Positions 47,501 to 62,500 of a stretch of DNA of 64,000 nt are shown piece after piece. A program made the position numbers and the translations under genes. Below the pieces are notes generated by a model. The model had not been told where the DNA came from. It made no database searches and saw only the letters and a program-made list of their open reading frames with translations. Within the stretch, counting starts at the first letter, position 1; each line of letters starts with the position of its first letter. Source of the stretch: Eledone cirrhosa (Eukaryota); contig OZ024741.1 in assembly GCA_964016885.1 (NCBI GenBank), positions 392,088,001 to 392,152,000 on the forward strand, read 5' to 3'.

Positions 47501-50500
47501 TAAAATGATAGAAAGGTTGATAGCAGAAGGTTGTACTTAACACTGAATAGTGTGTTGAAGGTGATGGTGGGAGGTAACATGATAGAAAGGATGATAGCAG
47601 AAGGTTGTACTTAACACTGAATAGTGTGTTTAAGGTGATAGTGGGAGGTAACATGATAGAAAGGTTGATAGCGGAATGTTGTACTTAACACTGAATAGTG
47701 TGTTGAAGGTGATGGTGGGGGGTTACATGATCAAAGGATGATAGCAGAAGGTTGTACTTAACACTGAATAGTGTGTTGAAGGTGATGGTGGGAGGTAACA
47801 TGATAGAAAGGATGATAGCAGAAGGTTGTACTTAACACTGAATAGTGTGTTGAAGGTGATGGTGGGAGGTAACATGATAGAAAGGATGATAGCAGAAGGT
47901 TGTACTTAACACTGAATAGTGTGTTGAAGGTGATGGTGGGAGGTAACATGATAGAAAGGATGATAGCAGAAGGTTGTACTTAACACTGAATAGTGTGTTG
48001 AAGGTGATGGTGGGAGGTAACATGATAGAAAGGATGATATCAGAAGGTTGTATTTAACACTGAATAGTGTGTTGAAGGTGATGGTGGGGGGTAACATGAT
48101 AGAAAGGATGATAGGAGAAGGTTGTACTTAACACTGAATAGTATGTTGAAGGTGATGGTGGGGGGTAACATGATAGAAAGGATGATAGCAGAAGGTTGTA
48201 CTTAACACTGAATAGTGTGTTGAAGGTGATGGTGGGAGGTAACATGATAGAAAGGTTGATAGCAGAAGGTTGTACTTAACACTGAATAGTGTGTTGAAGG
48301 TGATAGTGGGAGGTAACATGATAGAAAGGATGATAGCAGAAGGTTGTACTTAACACTGAATAGTGTGTTGAAGGTGATAGTGGGAGGTAACATGATAGAA
48401 AGGATGATAGCAGAAGGTTGTACTTAACACTGAATAGTGTGTTGAAGGTGATAGTGGGAGGTAACATGATAGAAAGGATGATAGCAGAAGGTTGTACTTA
48501 ACACTGAATAGTGTGTTGAAGGTGATGGTGGGAGGTAACATGATAGAAAGGATGATAGCAGAAGGTTGTACTTAACACTGAATAGTGTGTTGATGGTGGG
48601 GGGTAACATGATCAAAGGATGATAGCAGAAGGTTGTACTTAACACTGAATAGTGTGTTGAAGGTGATGGTGGGAGGTAACATGATAGAAAGGATGATAGC
48701 AGAAGGTTGTACTTAACACTGAATAGTGTGTTGAAGGTGATGGTGGGAGGTAACATGATAGAAAGGATGATAGCAGAAGGTTGTACTTAACACTGAATAG
48801 TGTGTTGAAGGTGATGGTGGGAGGTAACATGATAGAAAGGATGATAGCAGAAGGTTGTACTTAACACTGAATAGTGTGTTGAAGGTGATGGTGGGAGGTA
48901 ACATGATAGAAAGGATGATAGCAGAAGGTTGTACTTAACACTGAATAGTGTGTTGAAGGTGATGGTGGGAGGTAACATGATAGAAAGGATGATAGCAGAA
49001 GGTTGTACTTAACACTGAATAGTGTGTTGAAGGTGATGGTGGGAGGTAACATGATAGAAAGGATGATAGCAGAAGGTTGTACTTAACACTGAATAGTGTG
49101 TTGAAGGTGATGGTGGGAGGTAACAAGATAGAAAGGATGATAGCAGAAGGTTGTACTTAACACTGAATAGTGTGTTGAAGGTGATGGTGGGAGGTAACAT
49201 GATAGAAAGGATGATAGCAGAAGGTTGTACTTAACACTGAATAGTGTGTTGAAGGTGATGGTGGGAGGTAACATGATAGAAAGGATGATAGCAGAAGGTT
49301 GTACTTAACACTGAATAGTGTGTTGAAGGTGATGGTGGGGGGTAACATGATAGAAAGGATGATAGCAGAAGGTTATACTTAACACTGAATAGTGTGTTGA
49401 AGGTGATGGTGGGGGGTAACATGATAGAAAGGATGATAGCAGAAGGTTGTACTTAACACTGAATAGTGTGTTGAAGGTGATGGTGGGGGGTAACATGATA
49501 GAAAGGATGATAGCAGAAGGTTGTACTTAACACTGAATAGTATGTTGAAGGTGATGGTGGGGGGTAACATGATAGAAAGGATGATAGCAGAAGGTTGTAC
49601 TTAACACTGAATAGTATGTTGAAGGTGATAGTGGGAGGTAACATGATAGAAAGGATGATAGCAGAAGGTTGTACTTAACACTGAATAGTGTGTTGAAGGT
49701 GATGGTGGGGGGTAACATGATAGAAAGGATGATAGCAGAAGGTTGTACTTAACACTGAATAGTGTGTTGAAGGTGATGGTGGGAGGTAAAATGATAGAAA
49801 GGTTGATAGCAGAAGGTTGTACTTAACACTGAATAGTGTGTTGAAGGTGATGGTGGGAGGTAACATGATAGAAAGGATGATAGCAGAAGGTTGTAATTAA
49901 CACTGAATAGTGTGTTTAAGGTGATAGTGGGAGGTAACATGATAGAAAGGTTGATAGCGGAAGGTTGTACTTAACACTGAATAGTGTGTTGAAGGTGATG
50001 GTGGGGGGTTACATGATCAAAGGATGATAGCAGAAGGTTGTACTTAACACTGAATAGTGTGTTGAAGGTGATGGTGGGAGGTAACATGATAGAAAGGATG
50101 ATAGCAGAAGGTTGTACTTAACACTGAATAGTGTGTTGAAGGTGATGGTGGGAGGTAACATGATAGAAAGGATGATAGCAGAAGGTTGTACTTAACACTG
50201 AATAGTGTGTTGAAGGTGATGGTGGGAGGTAACATGATAGAAAGGATGATAGCAGAAGGTTGTACTTAACACTGAATAGTGTGTTGAAGGTGATGGTGGG
50301 AGGTAACATGATAGAAAGGATGATAGCAGAAGGTTGTATTTAACACTGAATAGTGTGTTGAAGGTGATGGTGGGGGGTAACATGATAGAAAGGATGATAG
50401 GAGAAGGTTGTACTTAACACTGAATAGTATGTTGAAGGTGATGGTGGGGGGTAACATGATAGAAAGGTTGATAGCAGAAGGTTGTACTTAACACTGAATA

Positions 50501-53500
50501 GTGTGTTGAAGGTGATGGTGGGAGGTAACATGATAGAAAGGTTGATAGCAGAAGGTTGTACTTAACACTGAATAGTGTGTTGAAGGTGATAGTGGGAGGT
50601 AACATGATAGAAAGGATGATAGCAGAAGGTTGTACTTAACACTGAATAGTGTGTTGAAGGTGATAGTGGGAGGTAACATGATAGAAAGGATGATAGCAGA
50701 AGGTTGTACTTAACACTGAATAGTGTGTTGAAGGTGATAGTGGGAGGTAACATGATAGAAAGGATGATAGCAGAAGGTTGTACTTAACACTGAATAGTGT
50801 GTTGAAGGTGATGGTGGGAGGTAACATGATAGAAAGGATGATAGCAGAAGGTTGTACTTAACACTGAATAGTGTGTTGATGGTGGGGGGTAACATGATCA
50901 AAGGATGATAGCAGAAGGTTGTACTTAACACTGAATAGTGTGTTGAAGGTGATGGTGGGAGGTAACATGATAGAAAGGATGATAGCAGAAGGTTGTACTT
51001 AACACTGAATAGTGTGTTGAAGGTGATGGTGGGAGGTAACATGATAGAAAGGATGATAGCAGAAGGTTGTACTTAACACTGAATAGTGTGTTGAAGGTGA
51101 TGGTGGGAGGTAACATGATAGAAAGGATGATAGCAGAAGGTTGTACTTAACACTGAATAGTGTGTTGAAGGTGATGGTGGGAGGTAACATGATAGAAAGG
51201 ATGATAGCAGAAGGTTGTACTTAACACTGAATAGTGTGTTGAAGGTGATGGTGGGAGGTAACATGATAGAAAGGATGATAGCAGAAGGTTGTACTTAACA
51301 CTGAATAGTGTGTTGAAGGTGATGGTGGGAGGTAACATGATAGAAAGGATGATAGCAGAAGGTTGTACTTAACACTGAATAGTGTGTTGAAGGTGATGGT
51401 GGGAGGTAACATGATAGAAAGGATGATAGCAGAAGGTTGTACTTAACACTGAATAGTGTGTTGAAGGTGATGGTGGGAGGTAACATGATAGAAAGGATGA
51501 TAGCAGAAGGTTGTACTTAACACTGAATAGTGTGTTGAAGGTGATGGTGGGAGGTAACATGATAGAAAGGATGATAGCAGAAGGTTGTACTTAACACTGA
51601 ATAGTGTGTTGAAGGTGATGGTGGGGGGTAACATGATAGAAAGGATGATAGCAGAAGGTTGTACTTAACACTGAATAGTGTGTTGAAGGTGATGGTGGGG
51701 GGGGTAACATGATAGAAAGGATGATAGCAGAAGGTTGTACTTAACACTGAATAGTGTGTTGAAGGTGATGGTGGGGGGTAACATGATAGAAAGGATGATA
51801 GCAGAAGGTTGTACTTAACACTGAATAGTGTGTTGAAGCTGATGGTGGGGGGTAACATGATAGAAAGGATGATAACAGAAGGTTGTACTTAACACTGAAT
51901 AGTGTGTTGAAGCTGATGGTGGGAGGTAACATGATAGAAAGGATGATAGCAGAAGGTTGTACTTAACACTGAATAGTGTGTTGAAGGTGATGGTGGGAGG
52001 TAACATGATAGAAAGGATGATAGCAGAAGGTTGTACTTAACACTGAATAGTGTGTTAAAGGTGATGGTGGGAGGTAACATGATAGAAAGGATGATAGCAG
52101 AAGGTTGTACTTAACACTGAATAGTGTGTTGAAGGTGATGGTGGGGGGTAACATGATAGAAAGGATGATAGCAGAAGGTTGTACTTAACACTGAATAGTG
52201 TGTTGAAGGTGATGGTGGGGGGTAACATGATAGAAAGGATGATAGCAGAAGGTTGTACTTAACACTGAATAGTGTGTTGAAGGTGATGGTGGGGGGTAAC
52301 ATGATAGAAAGGATGATAGCAGAAGGTTGTACTTAACACTGAATAGTATGTTGAAGGTGATGGTGGGGGGTAACATGATAGAAAGGATGATAGCAGAAGG
52401 TTGTACTTAACACTGAATAGTGTGTTGAAGGTGATGGTGGGGGGTAACATGATAGAAAGGATGATAGCAGAAGGTTGTACTTAACACTGAATAGTGTGTT
52501 GAAGGTGATGGTGGGAGGTAACATGATAGAAAGGTTGATAGCAGAAGGTTGTACTTAACACTGAATAGTGTGTTGAAGGTGATAGTGGGAGGTAACATGA
52601 TAGAAAGGATGATAGCAGAAGGTTGTACTTAACACTGAATAGTATGTTGAAGGTGATGGTGGGGGGTAACATGATAGAAAGGATGATAGCAGAAGGTTGT
52701 ACTTAACACTGAATAGTGTGTTGAAGGTGATGGTGGGAGGTAACATGATAGAAAGGTTGATAGCAGAAGGTTGTACTTAACACTGAATAGTGTGTTGAAG
52801 GTGATAGTGGGAGGTAACATGATAGAAAGGATGATAGCAGAAGGTTGTACTTAACACTGAATAGTGTGTTGAAGGTGATAGTGGGAGGTAACATGATAGA
52901 AAGGATGATAGCAGAAGGTTGTACTTAACACTGAATAGTGTGTTGAAGGTGATGGTGGGAGGTAACATGATAGAAAGGATGATAGCAGAAGGTTGTACTT
53001 AACACTGAATAGTGTGTTGATGGTGGGGGGTAACATGATCAAAGGATCATAGCAGAAGGTTGTACTTAACACTGAATAGTGTGTTGAAGGTGATGGTGGG
53101 AGGTAACATGATAGAAAGGATGATAGCAGAAGGTTGTACTTAACACTGAATAGTGTGTTGAAGGTGATGGTGGGAGGTAACATGATAGAAAGGATGATAG
53201 CAGAAGGTTGTACTTAACACTGAATAGTGTGTTGAAGGTGATGGTGGGAGGTAACATGATAGAAAGGATGATAGCAGAAGGTTGTACTTAACACTGAATA
53301 GTGTGTTGAAGGTGATGGTGGGAGGTAACATGATAGAAAGGATGATAGCAGAAGGTTGTACTTAACACTGAATAGTGTGTTGAAGGTGATGGTGTGAGGT
53401 AACATGATAGAAAGGATGATAGCAGAAGGTTGTACTTAACACTGAATAGTGTGCTGAAGGTGATGGTGGGGGGTAACATGATAGAAAGGATGATAGCAGA

Positions 53501-56500
53501 AGGTTGTACTTAATACTGAATAGTGTGTTGAAGGTGATGGTGGGGGGTAACATGATAGAAAGGATGATAGCAGAAGGTTGTACTTAACACTGAATAGTGT
53601 GTTGAAGGTGATGGTGGGGGGTAACATGATAGAAAGGATGATAGCAGAAGGTTGTACTTAACACTGAATAGTGTGTTGAAGCTGATGGTGGGGGGTAACA
53701 TGATAGAAAGGATGATAACAGAAGGTTGTACTTAACACTGAATAGTGTGTTGAAGCTGATGGTGGGAGGTAACATGATAGAAAGGATGATAGCAGAAGGT
53801 TGTACTTAACACTGAATAGTGTGTTGAAGGTGATGGTGGGAGGTAACATGATAGAAAGGATGATAGCAGAAGGTTGTACTTAACACTGAATAGTGTGTTA
53901 AAGGTGATGGTGGGAGGTAACATGATAGAAAGGATGATAGCAGAAGGTTGTACTTAACACTGAATAGTGTGTTGAAGGTGATGGTGGGGGGTAACATGAT
54001 AGAAAGGATGATAGCAGAAGGTTGTACTTAACACTGAATAGTGTGTTGAAGGTGATGGTGGGAGGTAACATGATAGAAAGGATGATAGCAGAAGGTTGTA
54101 CTTAACACTGAATAGTGTGTTGAAGGTGATGGTGGGGGGTAACATGATAGAAAGGATGATAGCAGAAGGTTGTACTTAACACTGAATAGTGTGTTGAAGG
54201 TGATGGTGGGGGGTAACATGATAGAAAGGATGATAGCAGAAGGTTGTACTTAACACTGAATAGTGTGTTGAAGGTGATGGTGGGAGGTAACATGATAGAA
54301 AGGATGATAGCAGAAGGTTGTACTTAACACTGAATAGTGTGTTGAAGGTGATGGTGGGAGGTAACATGATAGAAAGGATGATAGCAGAAGGTTGTACTTA
54401 ACACTGAATAGTGTGTTGAAGGTGATAGTGGGAGGTAACATGATAGAAAGGATGATAGCAGAAGGTTGTACTTAACACTGAATAGTGTGTTGAAGGTGAG
54501 GGTGGGGGGTAACATGATAGAAAGGATGATAGCAGAAGGTTGTACTTAACACTGAATAGTGTGTTGAAGGTGATGGTGGGGGGGGTAACATGATAGAAAG
54601 GATGATAGCAGAAGGTTGTACTTAACACTGAATAGTGTGTTGAAGGTGATAGTGGGAGGTAACATGATAGAAAGGATGATAGCAGAAGGTTGTACTTAAC
54701 ACTGAATAGTGTGTTGAAGGTGATGGTGGGGGGTAACATGATAGAAAGGATGATAGCAGAAGGTTGTACTTAACACTGAATAGTGTGTTGAAGGTGATTG
54801 TGGGAGGTAACATGATAGAAAGGATGATAGCAGAAGGTTGTACTTAACACTGAATAGTGTGTTGAAGGTGATGGTGGGGGGTAACATGATAGAAAGGATG
54901 ATAGCAGAAGGTTGTACTTAACACTGAATAGTATGTTGAAGGTGATGGTGGGGGGTAACATGATAGAAAGGATGATAGCAGAAGGTTGTACTTAACACTG
55001 AATAGTGTGTTGAAGGTGATGGTGGGAGGTAACATGATAGAAAGGTTGATAGCAGAAGGTTGTACTTAACACTGAATAGTGTGTTGAAGGTGATAGTGGG
55101 AGGTAACATGATAGAAAGGATGATAGCAGAAGGTTGTACTTAACACTGAATAGTGTGTTGAAGGTGATAGTGGGAGGTAACATGATAGAAAGGATGATAG
55201 CAGAAGGTTGTACTTAACACTGAATAGTATGTTGAAGGTGATGGTGGGGGGTAACATGATAGAAAGGATGATAGCAGAAGGTTGTACTTAACACTGAATA
55301 GTGTGTTGAAGGTGATGGTGGGAAGTAACATGATAGAAAGGTTGATAGCAGAAGGTTGTACTTAACACTGAATAGTGTGTTGAAGGTGATAGTGGGAGGT
55401 AACATGATAGAAAGGATGATAGCAGAAGGTTGTACTTAACACTGAATAGTGTGTTGAAGGTGATAGTGGGAGGTAACATGATAGAAAGGATGATAGCAGA
55501 AGGTTGTACTTAACACTGAATAGTGTGTTGAAGGTGATGGTGGGAGGTAACATGATAGAAAGGATGATAGCAGAAGGTTGTACTTAACACTGAATAGTGT
55601 GTTGAAGGTGATGGTGGGGGGTAATATGATAGAAAGGATGATAGCAGAAGGTTGTACTTAACACTGAATAGTGTGTTGAAGGTGATGGTGGGGGGTAACA
55701 TGATAGAAAGGATGATAGCAGAAGGTTGTACTTAACACTGAATAGTATGTTGAAGGTGATGGTGGGGGGTAACATGATAGAAAGGATGATAGCAGAAGGT
55801 TGTACTTAACACTGAATAGTGTGTTGAAGGTGATGGTGGGGGGTAACATGATAGAAAGGATGATAGCAGAAGGTTGTACTTAACACTGAATAGTGTGTTG
55901 AAGGTGATGGTGGGAGGTAACATGATAGAAAGGTTGATAGCAGAAGGTTGTACTTAACACTGAATAGTGTGTTGAAGGTGATAGTGGGAGGTAACATGAT
56001 AGAAAGGATGATAGCAGAAGGTTGTACTTAACACTGAATAGTATGTTGAAGGTGATGGTGGGGGGTAACATGATAGAAAGGATGATAGCAGAAGGTTGTA
56101 CTTAACACTGAATAGTGTGTTGAAGGTGATGGTGGGAGTTAACATGATAGAAAGGTTGATAGCAGAAGGTTGTACTTAACACTGAATAGTGTGTTGAAGG
56201 TGATAGTGGGAGGTAACATGATAGAAAGGATGATAGCAGAAGGTTGTACTTAACACTGAATAGTGTGTTGAAGGTGATAGTGGGAGGTAACATGATAGAA
56301 AGGATGATAGCAGAAGGTTGTACTTAACACTGAATAGTGTGTTGAAGGTGATGGTGGGAGGTAACATGATAGAAAGGATGATAGCAGAAGGTTGTACTTA
56401 ACACTGAATAGTGTGTTGATGGTGGGGGGTAACATGATCAAAGGATGATAGCAGAAGGTTGTACTTAACACTGAATAGTGTGTTGAAGGTGATGGTGGGA

Positions 56501-59500
56501 GGTAACATGATAGAAAGGATGATAGCAGAAGGTTGTACTTAACACTGAATAGTGTGTTGAAGGTGATGGTGGGAGGTAACATGATAGAAAGGATGATAGC
56601 AGAAGGTTGTACTTAACACTGAATAGTGTGTTGAAGGTGATGGTGGGAGGTAACATGATAGAAAGGATGATAGCAGAAGGTTGTACTTAACACTGAATAG
56701 TGTGTTGAAGGTGATGGTGGGAGGTAACATGATAGAAAGGATGATAGCAGAAGGTTGTACTTAACACTGAATAGTGTGTTGAAGGTGATGGTGGGAGGTA
56801 ACATGATAGAAAGGATGATAGCAGAAGGTTGTACTTAACACTGAATAGTGTGCTGAAGGTGATGGTGGGGGGTAACATGATAGAAAGGATGATAGCAGAA
56901 GGTTGTACTTAATACTGAATAGTGTGTTGAAGGTTGAAGGTGATGGTGGGAGGTAACATGATAGAAAGGATGATAGCAGAAGGTTGTACTTAACACTGAA
57001 TAGTGTGTTGAAGGTGATGGTGGGGGGTAACATGATAGAAAGGGATGATAGCAGAAGGTTGTACTTAACACTGAATAGTGTGTTGAAGGTGATGGTGGGA
57101 GGTAACATGATAGAAAGGATGATAGCAGAAGGTTGTACTTAACACTGAATAGTGTGTTGAAGGTGATGGTGGGGGTAACATGATAGAAAGGATGATAGCA
57201 GAAGGTTGTACTTAACACTGAATAGTGTGTTGAAGGTGATGGTGGGGGGTAACATGATAGAAAGGATGATAGCAGAAGGTTGTACTTAACACTGAATAGT
57301 GTGTTGAAGGTGATGGTGGGCGGGTAACATGATAGAAAGGATGATAGCAGAAGGTTGTACTTAACACTGAATAGTGTGTTGAAGGTGATGGTGGGGGTAA
57401 CATGATAGAAAGGATGATAGCAGAAGGTTGTACTTAACACTGAATAGTGTGTTGAAGGTGATGGTGGCGGGTAACATGATAGAAAGGATGATAGAAGAAG
57501 GTTGTACTTAACACTGATAGTGTGTTGAAGGTGATGGTGGGGGGTAACATGATAGAAAGGATGATAGCAGAAGGTTGTACTTAACACTGAATAGTGTTTT
57601 GAAGGTGATGGTGGCGGGTAACATGATAGAAAGGATGATAGCAGAAGGTTGTACTTAACACTGAATAGTGTGTTGAATGTGATGGTGGGGTGTAACATGA
57701 TAGAAAGGATGATAGCAGAAGGTTGTACTTAACACTGATAGTGTGTTGAAGGTGATGGTGGGAGGTAACATGATAGAAAGGATGATAGCAGAAGGTTGTA
57801 CTTAACACTGAATAGTGTTTTGAAGGTGATGGTGGCGGGTAACATGATAGAAAGGATGATAGCAGAAGGTTGTACTTAACACTGAATAGTGTGTTGAAGG
57901 TGATGGTAGGAGGTAACATGATAGAAAGGATGATAGCAGAAGGTTGTACTTACACTGAATAGTGTTTTGAAGGTGATGGTGGCGGGTAACATGATAGAAA
58001 GGATGATAGCAGAAGGTTGTACTTAACACTGAATAGTGTGTTGAATGTGATGGTGGGTGTAACATGATAGAAAGGATGATAGCAGAAGGTTGTACTTAAC
58101 ACTGGATAGTGTGTTGAAGGTGATGGTGGGAGGTAACATGATAGAAATGATGATAGCAGAAGGTTGTACTTAACACTGAATAGTGTTTTGAAGGTGATGG
58201 TGGCGGGTAACATGATAGAAAGGATGATAGCAGAAGGTTGTACTTAACACTGAATAGTGTGTTGAAGGTGATGGTAGGAGGTAACATGATACAAAGGATG
58301 ATAGCAGAAGGTTGTACTTAACACTGAATAGTGTTTTGAAGGTGATGGTGGCGGGTAACATGATAGAAAGGATGATAGCAGAAGGTTGTACTTAACACTG
58401 AATAGTGTGTTGAAGGTGATGGTGGGGGGTAACATGATAGAAAGGATGATAGCAGAAGGTTGTACTTAACACTGAATAGTGTTTTGAAGGTGATGGTGGC
58501 GGGTAACATGATAGAAAGGATGATAGCAGAAGGTTGTACTTAACACTGAATAGTGTGTTGAATGTGATGGTGGGGTGTAACATGATAGAAAGGATGATAG
58601 CAGAAGGTTGTACTTAACACTGGATAGTGTTTTGAAGGTGATGGTGGGGGGTAACATGATAGAAAGGATGATAGCAGAAGGTTGTACTTAACACTGAATA
58701 GTGTGTTGAAGGTGATAGTGGGAGGTAACATGATAGAAAGGATGATAGCAGAAGGTTGAACTTAACACTGAATAGTGTGTTGAAGGTGATAGTGGAGGTA
58801 ACATGATAGAAAGGATGATAGCAGAAGGTTGTACTTAACACTGAATAGTGTGTTGAAGGTGATGGTGGGGGCTAACATGATAGAAAGGATGATAGCAGAA
58901 GGTTGTACTTAACACTGAATAGTGTGTTGATGGTGATGGTGGGAGGTAACATGATAGAAAGGATGATAGCAGAATGTTGTACTTAACACTGAATAGTGTG
59001 TTGAAGGTGATGGTGGGAGGTAACATGATAGAAAGGATGATAGCAGAAGGTTGTACTTAACACTGAATAGTGTGTTGAAGGTGATGGTGGGGGCTAACAT
59101 GATAGAAAGGATGATAGCAGAAGGTTGTACTTAACACTGAATAGTGTGTTGATGGTGATGGTGGGAGGTAACATGATAGAAAGGATGATAGCAGAAGGTT
59201 GTACTTAACACTGAATAGTGTGTTGAAGGTGATGGTGGGGGCTAACATGATAGAAAGGATGATAGCAGAAGGTTGTACTTAACACTGAATAGTGTGTTGA
59301 TGGTGATGGTGGGAGGTAACATGATAGAAAGGATGATAGCAGAAGGTTGTACTTAACACTGAATAGTGTGTTGAAGGTGATGGTGGGAGGTAACATGATA
59401 GAAAGGATGATAGCAGAAGGTTGTACTTAACACTGAATAGTGTGTTGAAGGTGATGGTGGGAGGTAACATGATAGAAAGGATGATAGCAGAAGGTTGTAC

Positions 59501-62500
59501 TTAACACTGGATAGTGTGTTGAAGGTGATGGTGGGGGGTAACATGATAGAAAGGATGATAGCAGAAGGTTGTACTTAACACTGAATAGTGTGTTGAAGGT
59601 GATGGTGGGAGGTAACATGATAGAAAGGATGATAGCAGAAGGTGTACTTAACACTGAATAGTGTGTTGAAGGTGATGGTGGGGGGTAACATGATAGAAAG
59701 GATGATAGCAGAAGGTTGTACTTAACACTGAATAGTGTGTTGAAGGTGATGGTGGGAGGTAACATGATAGAAAGGATGATAGCAGAAGGTTGTACTTAAC
59801 ACTGAATAGTGTGTTGAAGGTGATGGTGGGAGGTAACATGATAGAAAGGATGATAGCAGAAGGTGTACTTAACACTGAATAGTGTGTTGAAGGTGATGGT
59901 GGGGGGTAACATGATCAAAGGATGATAGCAGAAGGTTGTACTTAACACTGAATAGTGTGTTGAAGGTGATGGTGGGGGTAACATGATAGAAAGGATGATA
60001 GCAGAAGGTTGTACTTAACACTGAATAGTGTGTTGAAGGTGATAGTGGGAGGTAACATGATAGAAAGGATGATAGCAGAAGGTTGTACTTAACACTGAAT
60101 AGTGTGTTGAAGGTGATGGTGGGAGGTAACATGACAGAAAGGATGATAGCAGAAGGTTGTACTTAACACTGAATAGTGTGTTGAAGGTGATGGTGGGAGG
60201 TAACATGATAGAAAGGATGATAGCAGAAGGTTGTACTTAACACTGGATAGTGTGTTGAAGGTGATGGTGGGTGGGTAACATGATAGAAAGGATGATAGCA
60301 GAAGGTTGTACTTAACACTGAATAGTGTGTTGAAGGTGATGGTGGAGGTAACATGATAGAAAGGATGATAGCAGAAGGTTGTACTTAACACTGAATAGTG
60401 TGTTGAAGGTGATGGTGGGAGGTAACATGATAGAAAGGATGATAGCAGAAGGTTGTACTTAACACTGAATAGTGTGTTGAAGGTGATGGTGGGGGGTAAC
60501 ATGATAGAAAGGATGATAGCAGAAGGTTGTACTTAACACTGAATAGTGTGTTGAAGGTGATGGTGGGAGGTAACATGATAGAAAGGATGATAGCAGAAGG
60601 TTGTACTTAACACTGAATAGTGTGTTGAAGGTGATGGTGGGAGGTAACATGATAGAAAGGATGATAGCAGAAGGTGTACTTAACACTGAATAGTGTGTGA
60701 AGGTGATGGTGGGGGGTAACATGATCAAAAGGATGATAGCAGAAGGTTGTACTTAACACTGAATAGTGTGTTGAAGGTGATGGTGGGGGTAACATGATAG
60801 AAAGGATGATAGCAGAAGGTTGTACTTAACACTGAATAGTGTGTTGAAGGTGATAGTGGGAGGTAACATGATAGAAAGGATGATAGCAGAAGGTTGTACT
60901 TAACACTGAATAGTGTGTTGAAGGTGATGGTGGGGAGGTAACATGACAGAAAGGATGATAGCAGAAGGTTGTACTTAACACTGATAGTGTGTTGAAGGTG
61001 ATGGTGGGGGGTAACATGATCAAAGGATGATAGCAGAAGGTTGTACTTAACACTGAATAGTGTGTTGAAGGTGATGGTGGGAGGTAACATGATAGAAAGG
61101 ATGATAGCAGAAGGTTGTACTTAACACTGAATAGTGTGTTGAAGGTGATGGTGGGAGGTAACATGATAGAAAGGATGATAGCAGAAGGTTGTACTTAACA
61201 CTGAATAGTGTGTTGAAGGTGATGGTGGGAGGTAACATGATAGAAAGGATGATAGCAGAAGGTTGTACTTAACACTGAATAGTGTGTTGAAGGTGATGGT
61301 GGGAGGTAACATGATAGAAAGGATGATAGCAGAAGGTTGTACTTAACACTGAATAGTGTGTTGAAGGTGATGGTGGGGGATAACATGATAGAAAGGATGA
61401 TAGCAGAAGGTTGTACTTAACACTGAATAGTGTGTTGAAGGTGATGGTGGGAGGTAACATGATAGAAAGGATGATAGCAGAAGGTTGTACTTAACACTGA
61501 ATAGTGTGTTGAAGGTGATGGTGGGGGTAACATGATAGAAAGGATGATAGCAGAAGGTTGTACTTAACACTGAATAGTGTGTTGAAGGTGATGGTGGGGA
61601 GGTAACATGATAGAAAGGATGATAGCAGAAGGTTGTACTTAACACTGAATAGTGTGTTGAAGGTGATGGTGGGAGGTAACATGATAGAAAGGATGATAGC
61701 AGAAGGTTGTACTTAACACTGAATAGTGTGTTGAAGGTGATGGTGGGAGGTAACATGATAGAAAGGATGATAGCAGAAGGTTGTACTTAACACTGAATAG
61801 TGTGTTGAAGGTGATGGTGGGAGGTAACATGATAGAAAGGATGATAGCAGAAGGTTGTACTTAACACTGAATAGTGTGTTGAAGGTGATGGTGGGAGGTA
61901 ACATGATAGAAAGGATGATAGCAGAAGGTTGTACTTAACACTGAATAGTGTGTTGAAGGTGATAGTGGGAGGTAACATGATAGAAAGGATGATAGCAGAA
62001 GGTTGTACTTAACACTGAATAGTGTGTTGAAGGTGATGAGTGGGAGGTAACATGATAGAAAGGATGATAGCAGAAGGTTGTACTTAACACTGAATAGTGT
62101 GTTGAAGGTGATGGTGGGGGGTAACATGATAGAAAGGATGATAGCAGAAGGTTGTACTTAACACTGAATAGTGTGTTGAAGGTGATGGTGGGGGGGGGGG
62201 TAACATGATAGAAAGGATGATAGCAGAAGGTTGTACTTAACACTGAATAGTGTGTTGAAGGTGATGGTGGGGGGTAACATGATAGAAAGGATGATAGCAG
62301 AAGGTTGTACTTAACACTGAATAGTGTGTTGAGGTGATAGTGGGAGGTAACATGATAGAAAGGATGATAGCAGAAGGTTGTACTTAACACTGAATAGTGT
62401 GTTGAAGGTGATAGGTGAGAGGTAACATGATAGAAAGGATGATAGCAGAAGGTTGTACTTAACACTGAATAGTGTGTTGAAGGTGATGGTGGGCGGTAAC

